Position numbers and translations under genes: made by a program. The notes beneath the pieces are model-generated. The model had not been told where the DNA came from. It worked only from the letters and a program-made list of their open reading frames with translations, and did no database searches. This document shows, one piece after another, positions 17,468 to 25,738 of a DNA stretch of 64,000 bases. The stretch is from Burkholderiales bacterium. Its GTDB lineage: Bacteria > Pseudomonadota > Gammaproteobacteria > Burkholderiales > SG8-41. Within the stretch, counting starts at the first letter, position 1, and each line of letters opens with the position of its first letter. The stretch covers positions 19,732-83,731 of the forward strand of contig DATKOF010000007.1 in NCBI GenBank assembly GCA_035524795.1, read 5' to 3'.

Positions 17468-17821
17468 ATGCACAGGCTTACAGTATTCGTCGCAACGATA
17501 TTGGCAGCAGCCGGCATCGCGATGGCGCCGTTTGCCGTTGCGCAAAGCGAGGCGTTGCCGGCCCCGTCTTCCCCCTCGCACAATCCAATCAAGCTCAAGC
17601 TCGAAGACTTCACCAATCCCCACAGCAGCGGCATCGTGCTTCCTCTCGACATCAACTACAGCCGCGAGACCCGCAACGTGGTAATGCCGCTGGATGCGCA
17701 GAAACTGTGGGGCGTCGGAGTCAATCTCGACATCGGCAACGCCAGGGACTTCAACACCAACAGCGGGCTCGGCGTCGAGCTGAAGAAAACCCCTGGCGTC
17801 GTCCTGCAGCGCAATTTCTGA
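17468..17821 (+). CDS. Hypothetical small secreted protein
   Basis: The internal ATG gives MHRLTVFVATILAAAGIAMAPFAVAQ, a signal peptide. No family was recognised. The region is lower in GC. Confidence 0.45.
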   Translation: MHRLTVFVATILAAAGIAMAPFAVAQSEALPAPSSPSHNPIKLKLEDFTNPHSSGIVLPLDINYSRETRNVVMPLDAQKLWGVGVNLDIGNARDFNTNSGLGVELKKTPGVVLQRNF

Positions 17822-17822
17822 T

Positions 17823-20243
17823 TCAGTCGGCTTCGGCGGCCACTGACGTCAGGTCGGGGGCTTCGAGCCAGTAACGCCGGTACGCATCGCGCCACGACCG
17901 CACAACCGGCCTGCCTGCCGCGATATCCACGATTACCGCGCCATCGCGGTCGGAACGATAGATCCGGCTGCCGGTCTGCGCATACCGTTGCACGACTTCC
18001 TCCTTCGGATGGCCGAAACGATTACGGTAGCCGACCGTGAAGACCACGACATGCGGATGCACCGTGGCGATGAACGCCGGCGTCGACGAAGTGCGGCTGC
18101 CGTGATGCGGCGCCACCAGCACGTCGGATGCGATCCGCGTTCCGTACTGTTCGAGAATTTCCCGTTCCGACTTCGCTTCGATATCCGCCGGCAGCAGCAG
18201 GGTTCCGCCCGGCGCAGCGATCTTCAGTACGCAGCCGCGATCGTTTTCCTTCAACTTCGGCAGGGCGTAATCGGCGCCGGACGGATGCAGCATTTCAAAA
18301 CGCACGCCGTCCCATTCCCATTGCTGCCCGGCCTGGCAACGCTCGAGATGCTGCGCCCCCGCCACCGCCGGAAAATCCGGTGGAACCGAAGTGAATACCA
18401 TCGCCACCGGCATCGCCTGCAGTACCGAAGCCGCGCCGCCGCTGTGGTCGTTGTCGCGATGGCTGACCACCATTGCATCGAGTGCGCGCACGCCGGTCGC
18501 GCGCAGAAACGGTGCGATGATGCGGTTGCCGCTGTCATAGCCCGGCCCGAAGCCGGGACCGGTATCGAAAAGCAGTGCATGCCGGCTGGTCTGCGCCGCC
18601 ACCGCCAGCCCCTGTCCGACGTCGAGCACGGTGATTTTCAGCGCGCCCTCCGGCAGTGACGGCGGCGCGGTCAGAAACAACGGCAGAAACCCGAACACTC
18701 CGATCCAGCGCGCCGGAAATCCGCGCGGCAGCAGCAACCACAGCGCACCGGCCATTGCAGCAACCACCGCCCACGCCGGCGGCGCATGCTGCTGCCACAC
18801 TGCGGCCGGCAAAGCGCTGAGCCAGCCGAGAAAAACGCCGCACCACGACATGATCAGGTGCGCGAGCTTCAGCACCAGGTCGAACGGCAGCAGCATGCCG
18901 ATCAAGGTCAGCGGCACCACCAGCAGGCTCACCACAGGAATCGCGACCGCATTCGCGAGCGGCGACACGATCGACACCTGCTGGAACAGCGCAATCGTCA
19001 GCGGCACCAGTCCGACCGTGATCGCCCACTGCACGCGCAGCCACGCCGCCGTCCAGTTGGGCTGCGCGATGCGTCCCGTGGACACATAAAAGATCAGCGC
19101 AACCGCGCCGAACGACAGCCAGAAACCGGCGGCATTGACCGCCCACGGGTCGATCACCAGCACCGCGAACAGCGCCGCTGCCAGAACCACCGATGCCGGA
19201 ACGACGGCGCCCGACCACAGCGCGAAGGCGATTACCGCGATCATGTATACGGTGCGCTGCGCCGGCACTTCGAATCCCGCGAGCAGCGCATAGAGCGCGG
19301 CCGCGGCAAGGCCGGCGGCGGCCGCGGCTTTCTGGGCCGGCAGCCGCAGTACGAGCCACTCGCTGCGGCGCCACAGCAGCGACACCAGCGCGAATATCAG
19401 CCCTGAAATCATCGTCACGTGCAGGCCAGAGATCGACATCAGATGATTGACGCCGGTGCGTGTGAACACCTGCCACTGCGGCGACAGTATCGCGCGCTGG
19501 TCGCCGATCGCCAGCGCGGCCAGTACGCCCGCGTACTCGTTGCCAGCGCCCGCGTACGGTGCGCCGGGCAGCGCAGCGAGAATGCGCTGGCGCAGCGTTT
19601 CGCGCGCATATTCGATCAAATACGCGGGGCGTGCGACGAGACCGGCAATGCGCGCATGCTCCTCCTTTTCGCGCACGTAGCCGGTGGCGCGGACGCCGCG
19701 TTCCAGCAGCCACGCTTCGTAATCGAAACCGTTCGGATTCAGCGTGCCATGCGGGCGGCGCAGCCGCACCGTGAAGCGCCAGCGTTCGCCGGCATGCAAC
19801 GACGGCAGTTCGCCCGCCGCATCGCCGTGCGCGCTGCTCCACCATGACAGCGCAATATGCGCAGGCACCCGTGCCTGCGGCGTCAGCACCTGCTCGACAT
19901 CGAAATCGAAGCGCATGCTGCGCTCGTACGGCTGCGGCAGACTGGCGACCACACCGACCACCGCGATATCGCGCCCTTCCCACGCCGCCGGCAACTCATC
20001 GGCGAGCCGCTCCTGCGCGCGCCACGCCGCCCAGCCGAAACCGCAGACCGCGGCCAGCAGGCACAGCGCCAGCCGCCGCGACACACGCAGGGCAACCGGC
20101 AGCGAAACCGCACGCGGCCGCAGCAGGGCAAGCGCCGCGAAAACCGCCGGCGCGAGCAGCCAGTACCAGCCGAGCGCCGGCAACTGCGCCTGCTGCTGCA
20201 GCCACCACACTCCCAGCGCGAAAGCGATGACATTGAGCCGCAT
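17823..20243 (-). CDS. comEC: DNA internalization competence protein ComEC/Rec2
   Basis: 806 aa with a polytopic membrane core and a C-terminal metallo-beta-lactamase domain (VSHRDNDHSGG). Confidence 0.88.
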   Translation of the reverse strand: MRLNVIAFALGVWWLQQQAQLPALGWYWLLAPAVFAALALLRPRAVSLPVALRVSRRLALCLLAAVCGFGWAAWRAQERLADELPAAWEGRDIAVVGVVASLPQPYERSMRFDFDVEQVLTPQARVPAHIALSWWSSAHGDAAGELPSLHAGERWRFTVRLRRPHGTLNPNGFDYEAWLLERGVRATGYVREKEEHARIAGLVARPAYLIEYARETLRQRILAALPGAPYAGAGNEYAGVLAALAIGDQRAILSPQWQVFTRTGVNHLMSISGLHVTMISGLIFALVSLLWRRSEWLVLRLPAQKAAAAAGLAAAALYALLAGFEVPAQRTVYMIAVIAFALWSGAVVPASVVLAAALFAVLVIDPWAVNAAGFWLSFGAVALIFYVSTGRIAQPNWTAAWLRVQWAITVGLVPLTIALFQQVSIVSPLANAVAIPVVSLLVVPLTLIGMLLPFDLVLKLAHLIMSWCGVFLGWLSALPAAVWQQHAPPAWAVVAAMAGALWLLLPRGFPARWIGVFGFLPLFLTAPPSLPEGALKITVLDVGQGLAVAAQTSRHALLFDTGPGFGPGYDSGNRIIAPFLRATGVRALDAMVVSHRDNDHSGGAASVLQAMPVAMVFTSVPPDFPAVAGAQHLERCQAGQQWEWDGVRFEMLHPSGADYALPKLKENDRGCVLKIAAPGGTLLLPADIEAKSEREILEQYGTRIASDVLVAPHHGSRTSSTPAFIATVHPHVVVFTVGYRNRFGHPKEEVVQRYAQTGSRIYRSDRDGAVIVDIAAGRPVVRSWRDAYRRYWLEAPDLTSVAAEAD

Positions 20244-20317
20244 CGATGAAATCCATCGCCACCAATGGCGCCGCCAATATACGATAGAATGGGCTGCTCC
20301 AGCGATTGCACCGATTC

Positions 20318-20878
20318 ATGCCGCGCAAGTTCTTCCGCAAGTATCTGCCGACGCACGAAACCATCCTGCGCAACCGCTGGATCGCGCGGTTCGGCAGTCT
20401 GCTCAGGCATCCGAACCTGTGGCACCTGAACCGGCGCTCGGTCGCCGGCGGCTTTGCGGCGGGCCTGTTCGCCGGGCTGATCCCCGGTCCGTTTCAGATG
20501 ATCGGCGCCGCGGTCCTTTCGGTCATCTTCCGCATCAACCTGCCGGTCGCAGTGTTCACCACGCTCTACACCAATCCGGTCACCATCGTGCCGCTCTACC
20601 TTGTCGCCTACCAGATCGGCCGCTTGTTCGCGGGCGGCAGCGGCGTTTACTCCGCGCCGCCGCCGTTCACGCTCGAACAGGGCTGGCGCGACTGGCTCTC
20701 GGACCTGCTGGCGTGGGCCGCGCACCTCGGCGAGCCGCTGCTGATCGGCGTGCCGCTGCTTGCGCTGCTGCTGGCCGTGATCGGCTATTTCGTCGTCGAT
20801 CTCGGCTGGCGCTGCTATACCGTCACCGCATGGCGCACGCGCCAGCGCCGCCGCGGAAAGGCAGCATCGGCGCGATGA
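20318..20878 (+). CDS. DUF2062-family membrane protein
   Basis: MPRKFFRKYLPTHETILRNRWIARFGSLLRHPNLWHLNRRSVAGGFAAGLFAGLIPGPFQ is a typical DUF2062 N-terminus. The ATG is at 20318. Confidence 0.7.
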   Translation: MPRKFFRKYLPTHETILRNRWIARFGSLLRHPNLWHLNRRSVAGGFAAGLFAGLIPGPFQMIGAAVLSVIFRINLPVAVFTTLYTNPVTIVPLYLVAYQIGRLFAGGSGVYSAPPPFTLEQGWRDWLSDLLAWAAHLGEPLLIGVPLLALLLAVIGYFVVDLGWRCYTVTAWRTRQRRRGKAASAR

Positions 20879-21495
20879 AAACGCCGCGCTACTGGAAGCG
20901 CGCCGCGCGCGAACTGTCCGAGCGCGACGCGGTGATCCGCAAAATCGTCCTTGCCACGCCCGGCCTTGCGCTGCGCTCGCGCGGCGATGCGTTTGCGACG
21001 CTGGCGCGCGCCATCGTCGGCCAGCAGATTTCGTTGAAGGCTGCCGACAGCGTATGGCTGAAATTCAATGGCGCGGTACACACCATAACACCGCACGCGG
21101 TCCATAAGCACAACGCGGATCTGCTGCGCGCGTGCGGCCTGTCGCAAGGCAAAGTGACCTACCTGAAAGACCTCGCGCACCATTTCCTGGAAAAGAAACT
21201 GGCGCCCGATCGCTGGGAAGAAATGAGCGATGACGAACTGATCGCCGAGCTGACGCAGGTCAAGGGCATCGGCCGCTGGACCGCCGAGATGTTCCTGATC
21301 TTCCATATGACGCGGCCCAATGTATTTCCGATCGCCGACCTTGGCCTGCAAAAAGCGATGAGCCTGCATTACAACAAGGGCAAGCCGCTGTCGCAGCGGA
21401 AAATCAAGAATATCGAGCAGAACTGGCAGCCGTGGCGCTCGGTGGCGACCTGGTATATGTGGCGCAGCCTTGACCCAGTTCCGGTGGAATACTAA
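20875..21495 (+). CDS. DNA-3-methyladenine glycosylase II-like HhH-GPD base-excision enzyme
   Basis: 206 aa from the ATG at 20875, which overlaps the upstream stop as ATGA. An HhH-GPD motif is present (LTQVKGIGRWTAEMFLIF, ...PIADLGLQKA). The upstream 377 codons of track ORF 19744.. are antisense to comEC and to the DUF2062 gene. Confidence 0.8.
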   Translation: MKTPRYWKRAARELSERDAVIRKIVLATPGLALRSRGDAFATLARAIVGQQISLKAADSVWLKFNGAVHTITPHAVHKHNADLLRACGLSQGKVTYLKDLAHHFLEKKLAPDRWEEMSDDELIAELTQVKGIGRWTAEMFLIFHMTRPNVFPIADLGLQKAMSLHYNKGKPLSQRKIKNIEQNWQPWRSVATWYMWRSLDPVPVEY

Positions 21496-21634
21496 TCTTC
21501 CATCAATTATCTCGAAACCGGACAATTTGAACGCAAAATAAAAATTCCGCTTTCGGCCAAAAGCGGCCATATCTGACACGCGGTTTTGGTGAAAATGTGA
21601 ATAGGTTAATACCTGTTTGTTACGGACAAAACTT

Positions 21635-22467
21635 ATGCAACGACTGAAGAAGATATTCTTCATTTCTTTGGCATTGTTTGTAAGCGTTGCTCAGGCCGAA
21701 TCCGGTGTCTGGCCGAAATTGCAAAATGGGACTGATATCGCTCAGTGTAGTGAGGCTCTGAAGATCGCCAAAGCAGCATTTCAATCTGATAACTTCAGCT
21801 TATCCGATAATCCACCGATACCGGATGATTTAGGAAGTGCCATTATTTTTTCTCTGGTAGCTATATAGCGGATAGCGATTCTGTTTTTGAGAAAATACCA
21901 ACACCAACGGGAATCGGCGGTGTTTTCTGGCAAAAGAAAGCGAAATATGGAATGCGATTTGTAATATTAGATGAACATCCTTCGATATATAGCGGTGAAT
22001 CATATTCACTCTTTTCCATTAAGGACGAGATTACACCCGATCAATTCTTGCCTCAAAGCGGGGAGGCAAATAATGTGAGGCAGGAGGGTGTTGCCACTCC
22101 GACTATAAACCCACTGATCGATGATGGGATTCTGCCGTTAGTATTGCAAGAAAAAAAGTCCGGGGACATTTGGGCTATCGACCTTGGACCTACTAATGTT
22201 TATTTTAACGATTGGCAAATATATTTGGTTAATACCGAAGGAATAAAGCAGCCCTGTACAATAAATTTTCGCCCTGATGTGCATCCTGCAACAACCCTTT
22301 TGCCTAAACCGGTTCGTAAATTAGCCGATCTTCTCAGGGATACGATGGGAAAAGATGCAAACTTTGGAGTTGATGTGGAGACCACTTGGACGAATGCTCT
22401 TTTACGCCCATGGGCATTAAGTGTCCGTATATGGACTCCTCCTCGTTTGCAAGCACTCCGTTTTTAG
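21635..22467 (+). pseudogene. Secreted protein of unknown function, disrupted by a frameshift in a T6 run and by the IS110-family insertion
   Basis: The signal peptide is MQRLKKIFFISLALFVSVAQA. Frame A stops at 21866-21868, while frame B is open from 21829 and continues into track ORF 21952..22467. The two frames meet at the T6 run (21846-21851). The present C-terminus runs into the IS terminal repeat. Confidence 0.6.
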
Positions 22468-22719
22468 GCGTTCGGTACGACTGCTCACGTATATCCGGCC
22501 TCTAACTGGAGCATCAATTCACTGATGCATGGGCCATGATGGGCTATTCGCGCGTCGGTTCCCCATTGCTTTGACGGGCTCTGAGGCCTCGGACAATTGC
22601 GGGTTTTACCAACGCCGGTTCGACCGGTTTGCCATCAAATGGCTTGCTACGCAATCGCGATGGAAGCACTCCTCTAACTAGGGTTACGTTTCCCTGCTAC
22701 AGATGATTTGCTCTTTGGC
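22431..22719 (-). ncRNA. Candidate bridge (guide) RNA region in the long 3' non-coding end of the IS110-family element
   Basis: This is 289 bp of non-coding sequence with short hairpins at 22511-22528, 22615-22627 and 22631-22643. It also contains segments identical to the DNA flanking both IS ends (see findings). No covariance model could be run. Confidence 0.3.
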
Positions 22720-23751
22720 TCAGCCTGCCGCCAGCTCTGGCTGGTAATCCTTGCCGCTTGTCATCATCGCCCAGGCGATGCGTGCGGTCTTGTTGGCCAT
22801 GGCCACTGCCGCAATGTTCGGGTGGCGGCGTGTCGCAATGCGGGTGCCCCACTGGCTTAACCGGTCATCCTTGGTCTTGGCGGTTCGAATCATGGCGCGG
22901 GCGCCGTGAACCAATAACGATCGTACATAGGCATCGCCGCGCTTGCTGATGCCTAACAGGCGGTCTTTGCCTCCTGAGCTCACTTGCTTCGGCGTCAGGC
23001 CGAGGGACGCCGCCATCTGCCGGCCGTTGGCAAACGGATGGGCATCGCCGACACTCGCCAGCAAAGCCGTGGCAATCATCGGCCCCACGCCGCGCAGTTG
23101 CTGCAGACGCTTGGCCATCGGATCGGATGCCGCAATCAGTGCCACCTCCTGATCCAGCTCTGTCACCCGATCATTCAGCTGCTGCAGATCCTGCCACAAG
23201 CCGGCAAGAAGCCTGCGAAACCGGCTGCTCAAGCCGTTCTCCGCATCTTCCAGCCAGCAGGGGATAGCTTGGCGCAAGTGCAACCATTCTTTAGGAGCGA
23301 CGATGCCATATTCCGCTGCCAGACCCCGCACCTGATTGGCCTTGGCCTTGCGCTGATCCATCAGGGCGGCGCGCACCCGATGCAGGGCCTGAATATCCTG
23401 CTGTTCGACTGTCTTCACCGGCACAAACCGCATGTGCGGCCGGCTCATCGCCTCACAAATCGCTTCTGCATCGTTGGCGTCGTTCTTGTTGCTCTTCACA
23501 TAGGGCTTCACAAACCGTGGAGCCATCAGCCTTACCGTAAAGCCTTTGGCCTGCAGCTGGCGCGCCCAATGGTGCGCACCCCCACAGGCTTCCATTCCGA
23601 TCTCGCAGTCAGGCTCGATCTTCTCCAGCAATACCCTCAGCCATTCCGCCCGATTGAGCTTCCGCCGCCACACCGGCTTCTCGTTGCAATCCACCCCATG
23701 CACTTGAAACACGTTCTTGGCCAAATCTACTCCAACGCGGATAATCTTCAT
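22720..23751 (-). CDS. IS110-family transposase (DEDD/RuvC-like N-terminal domain, C-terminal Transposase_20 domain)
   Basis: 343 aa. MKIIRVGVDLAKNVFQVHGVD...MEACGGAHHWARQL...NDANDAEAICEA shows the typical IS110 N-terminal motifs. AAGGAG lies 7 nt upstream of the ATG. Confidence 0.9.
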   Translation of the reverse strand: MKIIRVGVDLAKNVFQVHGVDCNEKPVWRRKLNRAEWLRVLLEKIEPDCEIGMEACGGAHHWARQLQAKGFTVRLMAPRFVKPYVKSNKNDANDAEAICEAMSRPHMRFVPVKTVEQQDIQALHRVRAALMDQRKAKANQVRGLAAEYGIVAPKEWLHLRQAIPCWLEDAENGLSSRFRRLLAGLWQDLQQLNDRVTELDQEVALIAASDPMAKRLQQLRGVGPMIATALLASVGDAHPFANGRQMAASLGLTPKQVSSGGKDRLLGISKRGDAYVRSLLVHGARAMIRTAKTKDDRLSQWGTRIATRRHPNIAAVAMANKTARIAWAMMTSGKDYQPELAAG

Positions 23752-24111
23752 CTTGGACTCCTTCTCGCTCTATCGACTGGTTAATGACATTTCCAGTCTG
23801 GCACATCGATGCCGCTTAGGTGAGGAGGAGTCCATCCCATTGCTTTGGGTCGAAAGCAGGCCTTTTAAATTTTTGTTGAAGCTGTCTAATTCATTTTTCA
23901 GAAACGGTTTATCGAACACGGCCAGTCGCTTTCGTAAGCGCAACACCCGCTCCTGCCAACAGCACTGGGCGTGAACGCGTATCCTTCCGCTTGTTACAGT
24001 CCTGCCTGTAATTTTCGGAGCAGCGTAACTAGTCGCGGGAAATAAAGTAAACCGCGAGCACGATGCAGACTACGGTAATGGTAAGGCCAATTTCGAACAT
24101 GGGAACCCTCT

Positions 24112-24660
24112 TTATTTGGTGAGCAGATCGGCGAGCGGCTCTTTCATCGACTTCCGGTCGGACGGCCGCATCTCCTCCAGAACGCGCTTCAGCATTCGAT
24201 CGAACGACACCAGAAACCCTTGCGGCAGGCGGTGCATCGTCTCGGCCAGTATGCCCCGCGCGGGCTTGGGGGCCCGCCGCAGCAGCTTCTTTCCGGCATC
24301 GGTCAGAAATAAAGTCACTACACGTTGGTCTTTACCGGACCGTTTGCGTTCAATCAGTTTTTCCCTTGCCAGCCTGTCGACCATATTGCTCACGGTCGAT
24401 TGATGAAACGCCATCGCCGCCGAAAGCTCGGTAACGCGCAAGCCCGGGAATTGCCGGATTTCCCATAACGCCCACAAGTACGCACCGCTCAGCCCACACT
24501 GTTTTTCCACCCATTTGAAATGATGCTTGGCGGAATTGATGATGAGGCGGAATTTCATCAATACGGCAAGAGCGTGTTTTCGGCGATCCTCATCAACACC
24601 ATTCCCGAGGCTGATGGCGGTGGCGCGGCTTTTTCGCGGCCGTCTGTTTCTGCCCTTCAT
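24112..24660 (-). CDS. MarR-family transcriptional regulator
   Basis: The winged-HTH region is GLRVTELSAAMAFHQSTVSNMVDRLAREKLIERKRSGKDQRVV. The ATG at 24658-24660 (MKGRN...) lies downstream of a near-consensus promoter. The track ORF starts at a TTG inside that promoter. Confidence 0.85.
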   Translation of the reverse strand: MKGRNRRPRKSRATAISLGNGVDEDRRKHALAVLMKFRLIINSAKHHFKWVEKQCGLSGAYLWALWEIRQFPGLRVTELSAAMAFHQSTVSNMVDRLAREKLIERKRSGKDQRVVTLFLTDAGKKLLRRAPKPARGILAETMHRLPQGFLVSFDRMLKRVLEEMRPSDRKSMKEPLADLLTK

Positions 24661-24687
24661 GCAAAGTCGGTCTCCGATGACCTGCTT

Positions 24688-24715
24688 ATTATATTTGTAC
24701 AAATATTATTTGCAA
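24688..24715 (-). promoter_or_regulatory. Sigma-70-type promoter of the MarR gene with an embedded palindromic operator
   Basis: On the minus strand the promoter reads TTGCAA-N16-TATAAT, with the -35 at 24710-24715 and the -10 at 24688-24693. The perfect 16-bp palindrome ATATTTGTACAAATAT (24691-24706) overlaps the spacer and the -10. Confidence 0.6.
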
Positions 24716-24723
24716 AAATATTT

Positions 24724-25716
24724 TCAGCCCGCCTCCAGCGGCGACTCGTCGAGCGCCGCCAGCTGTTCGCGCAGTTGCAGCACCTGCTCCTGCCAGTAGC
24801 GCTGGGTGTTGAACCACGGAAACGCGGCGGGAAACGCCGGGTCGTCCCAGCGGCTCGCCAGCCACGCCGAGTAATGGATCATCCGCAGCGCGCGCAACGG
24901 CTCGATCAGCAGCAGTTCGCGCGTGTCGAAGTCGTGGAACTCGCGGTAGCCCGACAGCACTTTCCCGAGCTGCTGCGCCATTTCCTCCCGACTGCCCGAA
25001 AGCAGCATCCACAAATCCTGCACCGCCGGCCCGCTGCGGCAATCGTCGAGATCGACGAAATGTGGTCCTTTGTCTGTCCACAGTATGTTTCCGGCGTGGC
25101 AATCTCCGTGCAGGCGCAGCGTCCCGATCTGACCCGCTTCGGCGTAACGCCGTTCGATCGCGTCGAGCAGTTGCCGCGCGATGGTTTCGTACGAAGCGCG
25201 CAGATCGGCGGGCAGCCAGTTGCCGTCGAGCAGCAATTGCAACGGCGCGCGGCCGAAGGTTTCCGGAGTCAGCGCCGGCCGCTCGCGGAACCGGCGCACC
25301 GCGCCGACTGCGTGGATGCGTCCCAGAAAACGGCCGAGCCACTCAAGCGTATCCGCACGATCGAGTTCGGGCGCGCGTCCCGGCTGCCGCGGAAACAACG
25401 CGAAGCGGAACCCGGCGTGCACGGACAGCGTTGCGCCATCGTCGCCGGCAAGCGGCGCAACCACCGGGATCTCGCGTTCCGCGAGTTCGAGCGCGAACGC
25501 ACGCTCTTCCAGAATCTGCGCATCGCTCCAGCGGCCGGGACGGTAGAACTTGACGATGACCGCGCCTCCCCGATCTTCCTCCAGCAGGACTTGAAACACG
25601 CGGTTCTCGTAGCTGTTCAGCGCGATGAAGCGGCCGTCGCAGCGCAGACCGCGGCTTTCGACGGCGTCGAGCACACAATCGGGAGTCAGTGCTGAATAGG
25701 GATGCGGATCGGCCAT
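24724..25716 (-). CDS. srkA: Stress-response serine/threonine kinase SrkA (YihE/RdoA family)
   Basis: 330 aa. ...LNSYENRVFQV...VKFYRPGRWS...LHGDCHAGNILW...FVDLDD shows the aminoglycoside-phosphotransferase-like kinase motifs of YihE. Confidence 0.85.
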   Translation of the reverse strand: MADPHPYSALTPDCVLDAVESRGLRCDGRFIALNSYENRVFQVLLEEDRGGAVIVKFYRPGRWSDAQILEERAFALELAEREIPVVAPLAGDDGATLSVHAGFRFALFPRQPGRAPELDRADTLEWLGRFLGRIHAVGAVRRFRERPALTPETFGRAPLQLLLDGNWLPADLRASYETIARQLLDAIERRYAEAGQIGTLRLHGDCHAGNILWTDKGPHFVDLDDCRSGPAVQDLWMLLSGSREEMAQQLGKVLSGYREFHDFDTRELLLIEPLRALRMIHYSAWLASRWDDPAFPAAFPWFNTQRYWQEQVLQLREQLAALDESPLEAG

Positions 25717-25738
25717 CAGTGCAGCCGGTTGGTCCGGA

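Larger units (their letters stand above)
22431..23835 (-). mobile_element. IS110-family insertion sequence (about 1.4 kb)
   Basis: The element is bounded by a perfect 14-bp inverted repeat, ATGGACTCCTCCTC (22431-22444) and GAGGAGGAGTCCAT (23822-23835). It contains a single DEDD-type transposase ORF. An AT dinucleotide is shared at both junctions. Confidence 0.7.

Noticed and set aside
19744-20874. The N-terminal 377 codons of the 583-aa track ORF 19744..21495
   Set aside because: This part is antisense to comEC and out of frame with the DUF2062 gene, and it is Arg/Ala/Ser-rich. The recognisable HhH-GPD glycosylase begins at the ATG at 20875, which overlaps the upstream stop (ATGA).
23717-23974. 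85-aa ORF treated as an independent gene just outside the IS110 element
   Set aside because: Its first part lies inside the IS 5' end, antisense to the transposase start. The portion outside the IS is better explained as the displaced 3' end of the IS-interrupted secreted-protein gene (see findings).
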